Positions 25,101 through 36,900 of a stretch of 64,000 bases of DNA are shown piece after piece. The translations under genes and the position numbers were made by a program. Position 1 is the first letter of the stretch. Every line of letters begins with the position of its first letter. A model generated the notes under the pieces. It had not been told where the DNA came from. It searched no databases and was given only the letters and a program-made list of their open reading frames with translations. The stretch is from Strigamia acuminata (taxonomy: Eukaryota), in contig OX442314.1 in assembly GCA_949358305.1 (NCBI GenBank), forward strand, positions 868,001 through 932,000, given 5' to 3'.

Positions 25101-26246
25101 AGTGTTAATGACTAAATTACTCACTTAATCCACCCAAAATCTAGCTATTTCGGTTGCCACACAGGGTCTTACAAATACTAACTTTAAAACTTAAATTAAT
25201 CTTACACTGACTAACTTACAAATAAAAGGAATTGATTGATCCAATCTTACAATTGAACCAAGCAATTCTAAACAAAACTCCTTAAATAACCAAACAAGAT
25301 GTTTCTATTAACTCAAACTAACTTAGTTTAATCTGTTAAAATACATAATAAAAGTTCTAATAAAAACGTTATACATTAATAAATCAATACGAAAATAATA
25401 GACAAGAAATGAGAATAAATAAGAATTTGGCGACGACAATGGCGTCGTCGTCTGATTTATCACAAGAAGGAATCTCTCCACTGGTAACTCAATGGCAAGA
25501 TGAACTCTCACAACACTCATGCAGTGTTGCAAGAAGGAATCCAAAATATAATCCAAATCAGATTGCTACAAAGAATTTTGGTATTTTCTAGGAGCAATGT
25601 TTTCCGTTACTTTCTGGGTTATTTCAATTTTTAGACTGAGGAAATTTGTGCTTTCTTTTCTTGGTGGCAGGAAATGCTTCCTGCCACCCACTTTCCTCCT
25701 GGCCCCGTTGCCCTGGCAACATTCATAAAAAACTGATTTCTCCTATTTTTTTATTGCGATAAAAAATAATAAATTGATAAAAGGAAATTCTTTTTTCTTT
25801 TATTTAGACACAATAAAAACAACTGGAAATAAAATGAAATGTCTTTCTTTTTATTAAACACAACGTGAAATTGACTTGGATAATTATTTATTAGCGAATA
25901 AATTCAAATAATAAAATAAAACTACTTCTTCGGTGACCACCGGCCACCGCACTCTGAATTTAGAAAAAATCCTGATGGCGTCAGTTAGTTCAAAAGTAAT
26001 GGCCGACCCGCCGACCAGAAAAAATTCAAGAGCGATATCTCGTGATAGATTTCATCATCATTTGAATTGAAATCGTCGTTAAAATATACGGAGGACTATA
26101 AAAATATTTGATCAAATATGATTTGATCAAGGATATCCTTGGTTTTACCTTGGACACACCTCTGTATACAATTTGAATACAAAAATCGAGTTTGGCGCCA
26201 TCTGTTGCTACAGATAGATAGAGCGCCGTGATTGTATGTTCCTACG

Positions 26247-29095
26247 ATGGAAGGAATTAGCGGTTGGTGGAATAACACGTGCTTGGCATCTCCTCCGTTT
26301 CTCGTTTACCCAACAAGAAAAAAACGTAAACATTTACATTTTTAAACAATAAATGCTGAAAATTATATTTTAAATAAATAAACTCGTTTCAGATGTGCGA
26401 CGACGGCTGAGAAAACTCGTCGATAAACAATTGAATTTGCCGGCTAGAAAGCACCTCAACACCGAAGTCGCCATCTTGAACAAACTTGTATACAAACTCA
26501 ACTTCCAATTTCGAAGGTTTAAGAAGTTTCAGGCGATTCAAAGAGTAAATGGAAGTACAATGACATTCCGACGAGTGTTTAATTCAATTTTTTCAACAGT
26601 TGCGCGTGTGTCTCAACAAATTTGATGAAATAAACATCCACAAAGTGTTCGAAAACTTGTCAGCATCAATTTCCGAGTAATAAACATTCGTTTAATTCAT
26701 TTATTTACGTGTTTAATGCTTGGGATGATTTTATTTTGTAGTGAATCGGACGAAACGACGCTCGGGTCGCGTCAAATGCTGGAATTTGTTCTGACGAAAA
26801 CGGTTTGCGTCGTGCATTTGTTGAGTCGGTCGTGCGATCACTGTTTCGCGGCCCTCGAGTATCCTTGAGAATTTAACGAATTATTATCGTTGTTTGGTGC
26901 TTTTAATGGTTTCCTTAACGTTGTTTCATGCTTACAAAATGGGACTTTGAGAGGGATTTATTTATTAATCAGAATATTCTTTTGTTTTCGTGTCTCAGTC
27001 GATTGTGGTAATTTGAAAATTTGTTTTTTTAATGAAAATAATTGATTTTTTTGTTATTTATTAAATTTTGGATCGTTTTTTAGGGTTTTGTGTGCTTTCT
27101 TCACGTTTGAAATGGTGAATTTGTACGGTGGAATGTATCAATTGTTGCCATTTCTTCGCGGTGCGCCTGTTCCTTGGGTATGTATTCGTCAGCGAAGCGA
27201 AGAGTTATGTTTTTACAAGTAAAAAAAATTATTTGATGTGCGGAATTGGTTGTTAGAATATTAAAATGGATCTTCATCGACTAAAATACCTTTTTTATGT
27301 TCTAGAAATTGTTTAATACGAAACAGCACGTTTTAAGATGAAAAATAGAATTTTAGGACGAAAAATTGAATTTTGGAAGGAAAAATTGAATCTTGGGACA
27401 AAAAATTGAATTTTAGGACGAAAAATTGAATTTGACGACGAAAAATTGAATTTTGGGACAAAAATTGAATTTTACGACGAAAAATTGAATTTTACGACGA
27501 AAAATTGAATTTGACGACGAAAAATTGAATTTGACGACGAAAAATTGAATTTGACGACGAAAAATTGAATTTGACGACGAAAAATTGAATTTGACGACGA
27601 AAAATTGAATTTGACGACGAAAAATTGAATTTGACGACGAAAGATTGAATTTGACGACGAAAAATTGAATTTTACGACGAAAAATTGAATTTGACAACGA
27701 AAGATTGAATTTGACGACGAAAAATTGAATTTTGGGACAAAAATTGAATTTTACGACGAAAAATTGAATTTTAGGACGAAAAATTGAATCTGACGACGAA
27801 AGATTGAATTTGACGACGAAAAATTGAATTTTGGGACAAAAATTGAATTTTACGACGAAAAATTGAATTTTACGACGAAAAATTGAATTTTAGGACGAAA
27901 AATTGAATTTGACGACGAAAGATTGAATTTGACGACGAAAAATTGAATTTTGGGACAAAAATTGAATTTTACGACGAAAAATTGAATTTTAGGACGAAAA
28001 ATTGAATCTGACGACGAAAGATTGAATTTGACGACGAAAGATTGAATTTGACGACGAAAGATTGAATTTGACGACGAAAAATTGAATTTGACGACGAAAA
28101 ATTGAATTTTACGACGAAAAATTGAATTTTACGACAAAAAATTGAATTTTAGAACAAAAAATTTTTATTCAAGACGTAGAAACTTCATTTTAAAGCGAAA
28201 AATTAGATTGAAAAACAAAACTTCTTTTATTTAAGACTGAATAACTTCGTTTTAGGACGAAATGTTTTGATTAAGACGGGAAAAACTTCGTCATAAACCA
28301 CAGAAAATGCAGAAACTATTTGTATTCACAAAAATTCATTTTATTTCATAAATCATTGCAGATCCCCGACGGGGAACACTTACCCGAGTCTCTAACCGAA
28401 TTTTTAACACTTGGCTCCTTGAAACACATCCCCAAATCCTCCAGGTAAAAAAAAAAATCAAAACTTATCAAATAAATAAAAATCAAAACAATTTTGTAAA
28501 TTCTAGATCCAAAACTGAAGAAATCTCCAAATTCATCACCAAAACATTCCACAACACCGTCACAACTCAACAATTGTCCCAAATCGACAAAGTGAACGTC
28601 CAAATCGAGATTGGCAGTGAGTTTCCACCAAAAAAATAACAAAATAAATAATAAAATCACCAAAAATAACTTTATTTTCGCAGCTTTAGTGCCAAGGTCG
28701 CAATACACAGCTGCAAAACCCGAAATTGTACGTTTTACACCGCTTTACACCCAATTTACGTCCAATTTAAACCGTAAAAACAAATAATTTCAAATATTTT
28801 CCATCCCCAGATGCCGAAAGACGCCGTGGCACGCGAATTGGCGCAACTCACCACCCGAAAACAAATTCTCAATTGGCTGAAAAGAGAGAACAATTCGCCG
28901 ACAATTTCCGCTTCGTTGACCAAACCGAGTTGGAAAAACCTTCGAAAATGCATTCGAAACGCTTTCGTCGCCCCCGCACCCCCATCCGTCATCAAATGGG
29001 TCAAACGAACGATAATTAATTGGTTTGCAACCCCAAACCGATGCTTAAAACTGTATAAAAACGATAAATTACGACCCAACTGTAAATTAAAGTAA
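26247..29095 (+). CDS. NEPRO: NEPRO/C3orf17 (DUF4477)-like protein, ~10 exons
   Basis: Spliced peptide WWNN..LASPP / LNTEVAILNKLVYKLNFQFRRFK / SRQMLEFVL / FINQNILLFSCLSRLWV resembles recalled NEPRO; frames consistent across the first seven exons; 3' exons less certain. Confidence 0.75.
26859..26929 (+). other. U12-type (minor spliceosome) intron
   Basis: 5' site GTATCCTT at 26859; branch site TTCCTTAAC at 26911-26919; lies between two in-frame NEPRO-like exons. Confidence 0.85.
27335..28160. repeat. Intronic 20-bp minisatellite (TTGACGACGAAAAATTGAAT)n
   Basis: Visible tandem array. Confidence 0.97.
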
Positions 29096-29173
29096 TAAAT
29101 ATTAAAAAATGAAATTGCTATAAAACTTGTGAAACCAAGGCCGTTTTTGCGTGAGGATTTGTTCTGTGCGTAG

Positions 29174-31728
29174 ATGGGAGTCAAAATGTCGGGCGAGAGG
29201 AAGTTGGTGCGATCGAAGAGTGGTTTGCGAATGGTTTCGGTGGACGAGAGACGTCCGAGTCCGTTCGAACTGTCGGAACCGGCGTGGGACGTGGATAAAC
29301 ACGTAAATTTGCGTCTAGTTTGGTCGGATCGGGCCGGTGTTGACGATGACGAACTTTTTGTTTACAGTTTGTGCAGTGCGTCAAATGTGGCGTGACCTTC
29401 GACTTCCTCACGAGACGAGTAATGGATTTGAGATTTGAATGTTTGGGTGATGGTTTTATTTGGAATTGTTGTTTGAATTAGCATCATTGTCGTCGGTGCG
29501 GACAGATTTTCTGTAGTCGGTGCTGCGACGTGAAAATGGCGCTCCCGAGAATGTGTTTCCTCGACCCCGTTCGCCAGTGCGCTTCCTGTGCCAACGTCAC
29601 GAGAAAGGAAAACGAGTTTTTTGAAAAACATTTGAAGATTTTACTTAATGGTGAGTTGGAAAGAGAAGTATTTGTTTTTTTAGACATTTTTCTGTATTTT
29701 ATAATTTTATTTTTTTATTTTTTTTATGTAGGTGCCGATTTGACGTGTGAACAAAATGAGGAAAAAAATGTTTATTTGTTCTGCAAATTGTCTTCCGACC
29801 ATAGGTATGTATGCATTTGAGTGGCGGAACAGTGACATCCTCCCACGGGATTGACAAATTGTTGGATAATATGAGGAAATTGATGAAATATTGCGGAAAG
29901 TTTTAGAAAATTGCTGGAAAGTTTTTTCTAAATTGGTGAAATTTTTTTGAAAAATATTTGAAATTTGTACACGTTAATGGACTAACTGATTTACAAGGAT
30001 TTTTAGTTGATTTACGGAGAATTTTAGTTGATTTATGGGGAAAACACGAAATGTTTGTTTCTAAAATTTTGAATAATTTACAGAATGTCGCGAAATCTCA
30101 CTGTAGATCTTGAAAATCTCGGAAAAATCTTATATTTTCTTGCAAATGTGGCAAAAATCTTAAATTTTCTAGAAAATCCCGCAGTGTAGCACAACTAAAC
30201 TGCGGGATTTGCAAGAATCCTCGCATAACTTCACAAAACTTCACAAAACGAATCGTTAAAAAAAAATGATGATTTGAATTTAATGAAAAATTCTCAAATT
30301 TTCTCAAAACTTCCCAAAATTTCATCAAAAAGTCTCAAATTTCACTGAGATTTGTCAGAATTTCATTAAAAATTATCAAATTTCACTGAGATTTGTCAGA
30401 ATTTCATTAAAAATTATCAAATTTTAGGGAATTTTATCAAAATTTGATGAAACTGTCGAAATTTGTCGAAATTTGTTAAATTTTATTAAAATCTTTGAAG
30501 ATATTTAATAAAAAGAAATTTCCAAATTTAACTTTGAAATAATTTAAAACCTGATCCTTGTATCCCAAAACCATCCCACGAATTAAAATCAAACAAAACC
30601 CTTTCAGATTCATCGTTTTCGATGGAGAAACAAAACACGAGCCATTATCTGTGTCATCCATTAAAAAAACACAAATCTTACGCCAACTAGAAGGTAAAAA
30701 ATACAAAATTTCATAAAAGTGTGAATGAAAGGCGAGAACAAATGACTATCCAAACAACAGGTATGTATTTCCACATTTCCATTTTTCCTCCTCCAATTTC
30801 CTCCCCAAGCTCCACCCAATCTCATATCAAAATTTCCTTTTCAGGCCAAACCATCGCCAGCGGCATCGAAATCTCTTACACCGACACCGACAACCAACTG
30901 CGCAAACTCCGTTTCCGTGCCGCTGCTCAAACCTCCGACAAATCAAACGCCTGGTTCACATCTCTGAACAAAGTAATAATTATACTCTAACTCACTATAA
31001 GTTGAGCCTTTCTCCCATTGGCCGAGCCTCATTGCTTCTGTGCACTGCCGCAAGGAAAAGTAGTTTTGTTTATTTTTACCGTATAACCTCGCGTATAGTG
31101 CGAAATATTTATTGCGAATTTTGGACCTCGAATTGGGGGGTCGCACTATACGCGCATAATAAAAATAAAAAAAGTAAAAATTGACGTACACGTAACATAT
31201 GGACAACGTGCGTAATTCATACGTATATAACTTCGTTTATCCCGTTTACAACACACAATACGACCAAGCGACAATCCAAATAATGCAAATAATGCATCAA
31301 TCTAGCAATCCATCATCAAAATATAAGCAAGAAGGAAATTTTTTTTATTTTAAAGTTTCCTTTTAAATAAATAAACTTTTCTAACCACATTTTGCACTCT
31401 TGTGGGACACAAATGTTAATTCGCATTATACGCGCATACACCACTTATTAGCAAAAATGGCACCTAAAATGGGGGGGTCGCATTATACGCGAGGTTATAC
31501 GGTAATTGTTTTGAGTATTACTAATCGATTACATTGTCGGTACATCTAATGCAATTATGGAGTTTCGATCTACTTTTAAGTGTCACTACACAAGTGAAAT
31601 GGCTCGACCAATGGGAGAAAGGCCCAACTTATAGTGAGTTAGAGTATAAGTACCGCTAATCGCCAAAAAAATTACCTAAACCTAAAACAAATTCATTTCA
31701 GGCCATCAAATACGCTCTGGACAAATAA
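29174..31728 (+). CDS. ZFYVE21: Zinc finger FYVE domain-containing protein 21, ~7 exons
   Basis: KLVRSKSGLRMV, SPFELSEPAW, HHCRRCGQIFCSRCC, RMCFLDPVRQCASC match the recalled family; last exon 31702-31728. Confidence 0.93.
30985..31644. mobile_element. MITE with ~45-bp TIRs and TA TSD in last ZFYVE21 intron
   Basis: CTCTAACTCACTATAAGTTGAGCCTTTCTCCCATTGG ... CCAATGGGAGAAAGGCCCAACTTATAGTGAGTTAGAG, TA flanks. Confidence 0.9.
31079..31502. mobile_element. Nested pogo/Tc1-mariner-type MITE
   Basis: TA|CCGTATAACCTCGCGTATA...TATACGCGAGGTTATACGG|TA. Confidence 0.9.
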
Positions 31729-33021
31729 CCAATGCAAAACTTGTTTAATTCCATGGATGTACATAGCACATATCTATTTTTCAAGGCTATTTTTATGTAT
31801 GGTTAAGGCGCTGTAAAGTTTAAACAAAAATAAAAAACTAACGATTAAAAACATACAATGTTTTATTTATACGGTAAGTCCTCTACGTATGAAGGAGTTC
31901 CGTTCCGAGAACTCTTTTTGCTAATCGAATTCTTCGTTTGTCCAGCAAACGTGTAAAGGCTGGAAAAAATGTTAATCTTAAATCCTAATTAAAGAAAACA
32001 TTTCTAATCTTATGTTTATGTTTTCATTAGAAATTAAAATTAATATACAGTAGGTATTGTACATCGTACATACAGTAATGCTTCAAATTGCAGCCGGGTC
32101 CGAATAAGCGCTGGGGGGGGGGGATAAAAAAATTAATCGATTTTTAAACAAAAATTCATGATTTTGTATAAAGAAATCCTTAAATGGATTTCTTTAATTT
32201 CGCTGATTTTCTTGATTTCTGGAGACCGGAAATGGTGATTTTTTTTTAAGGGCTGTTCACCAGTGCGAAATATCGCACCGCGATTTTTTTATTTCCAAAA
32301 TCGCACTGCGGTTTTTATAAAAAAACTGCAACACAATTAACTCCAAACCTCAAAAAAAAGCAGAAAGCTGCAGAAAACCACCAAATCTGCAAATTTCATT
32401 TTATTTTATTTAAAAAAAAAAAAAAAAAAAAAAAATTTTTCCCGAATTTTGGAGGTTTTGGGGTTTATTTCCTTGAATTTTGGAGTTCTTAGGGTTTATT
32501 TTCTTGAATTTTGGAATTTTTAGGGTTTATTTTTTTGAAATTTTGGAGTTTTTGTGGTTTTGCGAAATACTGTGTGAATTGCGGTTTTTTACGGAAACCG
32601 AACCGCACTTGCCAAAAGAAATAACCGCACAATCCTAATTTTTTCCTCATCAAATGGAAATCTGATTTCTGAAAACAAAATTTGCAATTGTACTCAGAAA
32701 ACTACAGCTGTTGTCGCGAGCTATATAACTACATAACTTTGGCAGCACATGTGCTGCCAAAGTATGACGTTCCTATCTCTGAAAGTTCCTAGCTCGAGTG
32801 AAATATTCGAGAGGGGACTCCTCTAATATTTAACCGCGACGAACACATCAAGAAATTTCACTTCTACCGCGCAGTCTTAATCAAATCCTCTATTTTTATT
32901 TATTTATTCATACATTTATTCATTTGTTCATTTATTTATTTGTTTCCTTCCTCCCTTCATCCCTTTTCTGATTGGCGCCGTCCAAATCGGGCAATTGGAG
33001 CGCCAGAATCGATCGAGCAAG

Positions 33022-33742
33022 ATGGAACATCAGCTCCACTTTAAACTCACTCTCCAACTGACTCGCGATGACCACGAGGGTCCCGCGTACTTCAAGGTGG
33101 ACGGAAGCCGATTCAAGACCCCCAGAACCATCAAACTGCACTCGGATTCGTCCTACACGTTCCGCATCACTTCCAGACCCCCACAAACACTCGAGTAAGG
33201 AAAAAGTAATAATTTTTAATGTCGGAAATAAGTTACAAATGTGACGCACATTGATTCGATAAATCTCTAATCCCGCCTCGATTGTGCTTGGATTTAACGC
33301 TGAGCCGCCATTAAAATTTATTGTTGTTATTGAGATGGGATGCGGTTGCCATGACGACTGCTTTTTACTCGCAGGAGTTTGAGCGTGCACGGCACGAGTC
33401 TGGCGCTAGCGGAGACGAGCAGGGATCACACGGAGTGCGTGCACAGCGCCGTTTGGTCAACGGCGGGGTTTTCGCCGACGCGAAAAGGCGAGCGCGAACA
33501 AGTGCCAATCATCATAAAGGTGCGGAAATAAACAGAAAAATAATCCGTGCAGTTATTAAGTAATTTATTTTATTTAGATCGGCGAAAAGGGAACTCTGAA
33601 GGCGTGTTTACAAACGAAAATGTACAGGGCCGAAGACGAGCAGCACTGTGCTTGGGGTAGCTCGCTGCACTCGATCGAGTGGGAGTGCAATGCCAACGAG
33701 CATCGCAATCACGTGGACGTTGCCAAGGAAACATTCCACTAA
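33022..33742 (+). CDS. CNRIP1: CB1 cannabinoid receptor-interacting protein 1 homolog (exons 33022-33194, 33375-33519, 33578-33742)
   Basis: GPAYFKVDGSRFKTPRTIKL, PTRKGERE, HCAWGS, KETFH match recalled CRIP1a motifs. Confidence 0.93.
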
Positions 33743-33854
33743 AAACATTAAATAGAATTCAATAAAACAGATTAAATACAATTTAGTGCCTGCATTTCCT
33801 GTCAAATGTTATTTTTATTTTAATAAATTCAGTATCTAAATTCAGTATCTAGTT

Positions 33855-33868
33855 GTTTCTATGGTAAC
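33855..33868. promoter_or_regulatory. RFX X-box upstream of EML gene
   Basis: GTTTCTATGGTAAC ~50 bp before the ATG. Confidence 0.6.
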
Positions 33869-33915
33869 GGCGTCGGTCAACGGTGGCGCCATCTTTGTTT
33901 TGGTTGGGACTCGGG

Positions 33916-36900
33916 ATGGATCGCTCTGCGCCGGATCGCGCCCTCGTTTTGGACTGGATTTTCGGATACGCGAACGACCGATGTCGGAATAACGTGTTTT
34001 ACAACTGCGAGCGACAAATCGTGTATTTTGTCGGACGGGTTTGCGTCGTTTTCGATCCGCGGCTCAACACCCAGCGCTTTTTTCTCGGCCATTCGCGCGA
34101 AATTCGCAGGTAATTCCCATCCGATTTTTATTTTTTATTTTTTTCGGAGATTAAATTTATTTTTCAAAGTTTGTGCATTCATCCTCGTTTGGTTTCGGCC
34201 GCATCCGCTCAATCCGACACGATTTTCGTGTGGGACACGCGAACACAGGCTCCGATATCCGAATTATCGTGCGCGGAAACCGTCTGCGCAGTCGCGTTTA
34301 GCTGCTCGGGCGCGGTAGGTTGGGAAAGCGAATACGAACTTTTTCGTTGTAATTTTCGGTCGTTCTGTCGTAGCTGCTCGGTTCGGTTTGTTGCGACCGG
34401 GATTCGTCGTCGACGGTCGTCGTGTGGAACTGGTCGGAGGGACGGATCGTGTCGTCGTGCTCGGCGCATGCGTCGAGGGTTTGTTTGGAATAATTTGATC
34501 GATTTAATCGATCTAATTTGAATTTAATTCGTGTTAGGTTTTGGATTTGTCGTTCCATCCGGATTACGATAATCGGTTCGTGACGTGCGGGGTTAAACAC
34601 GTCAAGTTTTGGTCGGTGCACGGCAACGCGTTGGTTTGCAAACGAGGTCGTTTCGGACGCGTCGCTCCGATTCAGACTTTGACGTGTTTGTCGTTCCATT
34701 CGTTCGGAGCGAGCAGTCGGCTTTTGTACGCGGGGTCGATGAGTGGCGATATTTACGTGTGGAACGATGCGATGTTGCAAAACGTCGTCACTAACGTGCA
34801 TTTGGTAAATCAATCAATCAATCAATTAATGCACTTTTGAAACAATATCAGACATTTTAGAGATGTAACAATTAGAGAAATGCCATTTTTATTCGTAAAA
34901 ATGATCGAAATTGCAGTTTTTTAACAGAAATGTATTTAAAATGCACTTTTAGAACTTAAAATATTGTCTTCTACTCACTTTCAGTACATAAAAAGGTCGA
35001 AAATGCAATTTTTAAATCCTAAAAATGGTCGGAAATTAATTTTTGCACCTAGAATTTGTTAAAAAATACACTTTTTACACGTAGAAATTGTCTAAACTGC
35101 ATTTTTTTACGCGTCAAAAATGTTCAAAATGCATTTTTACGTGTAAAATGTGCTCAAAATGAATTTTTTACATATAAAATTTGTTCAAAATGCAGTTTTT
35201 TCATGTAAAATTTGTTAAAAATGCATTTTTTACGTGTAAAATTTGTTGAAAATGAATTTTTAACGTGTAAAATTTGTTTAACATACATTTTTTACGTGTA
35301 AAATTTGTTCAAAATGCATTTCTTACATGTAAAATTTCTTCGAAATGCATCTTTTACAATGCAAAACTTGTCCAAAATGATTTTTTACATGTAAAATTTG
35401 TTCAAAATGCATCTTTTACAACTCAAAATTTGTTCAAAATGACTTTTTACACGTAAAATTTGTTCAAAATAACTTTTTTCGTGTAAAATTTGTCAAAATG
35501 CATTTTTTACGTGTAAATTTTCTTCAAAATGCATCTTTTACAACGCAAAATTTGTCCAAAAGTTGTTTTCTATTCTATTCGATCCATTTGAAGGGCCCAG
35601 TAATTTGCATGAACAACTATTCGGACGGATTAGTATCCGGCGGAAAAGACGGCATCGTAGCCGTCTGGGGATCCGATCTAGAGCCGGTATTACGCGTGGA
35701 CCTGAAACGCGTCGACGGCGGCTACGACGGCCTTTGCGTGAGAAGCATCCGATGTTCGGACGGTCGTGTACTGGTCGGCACGCGACGAGGCGAAATCCTA
35801 GAACTAACGGCCAAAGGGCGAGTGGTCGACTGGATCGTGCGCGCCCACGGACCCGGTCCGATTTTCGGACTCGCGGTCCACCCTATCGGACCGATTTTCG
35901 CAACGACCAGCGACGATCGCACGATACGATTATGGAACTTCGTCGACAAGCGACTCCTAGCGGCCGCCGCGTCCGATTTTTCGGCTCGTGCGTGCGATTT
36001 CGCACCCGACGGACTCCAATTGGCTGTCGGATACGACAACGGCACCTTCGACGTGCTGTCTACCAACGATTTGAGTCGGATAGTGCGCAGAAACGACCGC
36101 AGCGACGCGATTTGCGTCGTCAAATTCGCTCCGAACGGACTGGTCGTGGCGGTCGGCGGATCCGACAGTTTTGTCGACATTTATCACGTGCACAAGGGCT
36201 ACCACCGAACGACACGATGCGAGGGTTGTTCGGGCTCCGTGCTGCATTTGGATTGGTCGGACGACAGTTTTTTCGTGCGGGCCAGCGATTCGGACGGAGG
36301 CACGCACGTGTACGACGCTTCGGATGCGAACGAGGTGAGCGACGATGCGATCGCTTGGTCGTCGTGGACGTGCGTCGCGGTCCGACACGTCGACGGCATT
36401 CGGAGCAAATATTCGGACTCGGAGGCCACGACGTCGGACGCTTTTGTTGACGACAAGGTTTTGGCTGTCGGCGAGTCGTCGGGTTGCGTGAAATTGTTCC
36501 GATTTCCGGTGTTTTGTCGAGGTATTTTTGTCGCTTTTTAGTCGCTTACGTCGTTTTTGAAATTTTTCATGTTGTCAGGTTCAAAGTTTCACCGCTATGC
36601 GGCGCATTCGCACCGAGTGACGAATGTGCGCTTTTCGCCATCCGATCCGAAATGTGTGATCTCGACGGGGGAACGAGACCAAGCTGTTTGTGTGTGGCGT
36701 TTGGTGTCGGATAAACACGATTTCGAACGAGATAGAATACCGGGTTAGTGGTGACGCGAGCGCCGTAGTTAAATCGAAAACGGGCGCCATATTGAGCAAA
36801 CTACAGCGCTCTAATATAAATAAAATTTATTTTTGTAGTTTTAACGGAACCGGCGAGCGACGAGAGTGATTCCGATGTCTCCGATTCGGTTCCCATTGAT

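Noticed and set aside
25663..25702. Helitron 3' end (hairpin plus CTGG)
   Set aside because: Not followed by T and no 5' TC end identified
26133..26140. ATATCCTT U12-like donor
   Set aside because: Upstream of the ATG; no branch site or exon context
27335..28160. CRISPR-like regular array (also 37350-38405, 41940-42385)
   Set aside because: Head-to-tail repeats with no unique spacers, eukaryotic introns, no cas genes
35563..36450. 295-aa Arg-rich alternative-frame ORF
   Set aside because: Shadow of a GC-rich EML WD40 exon
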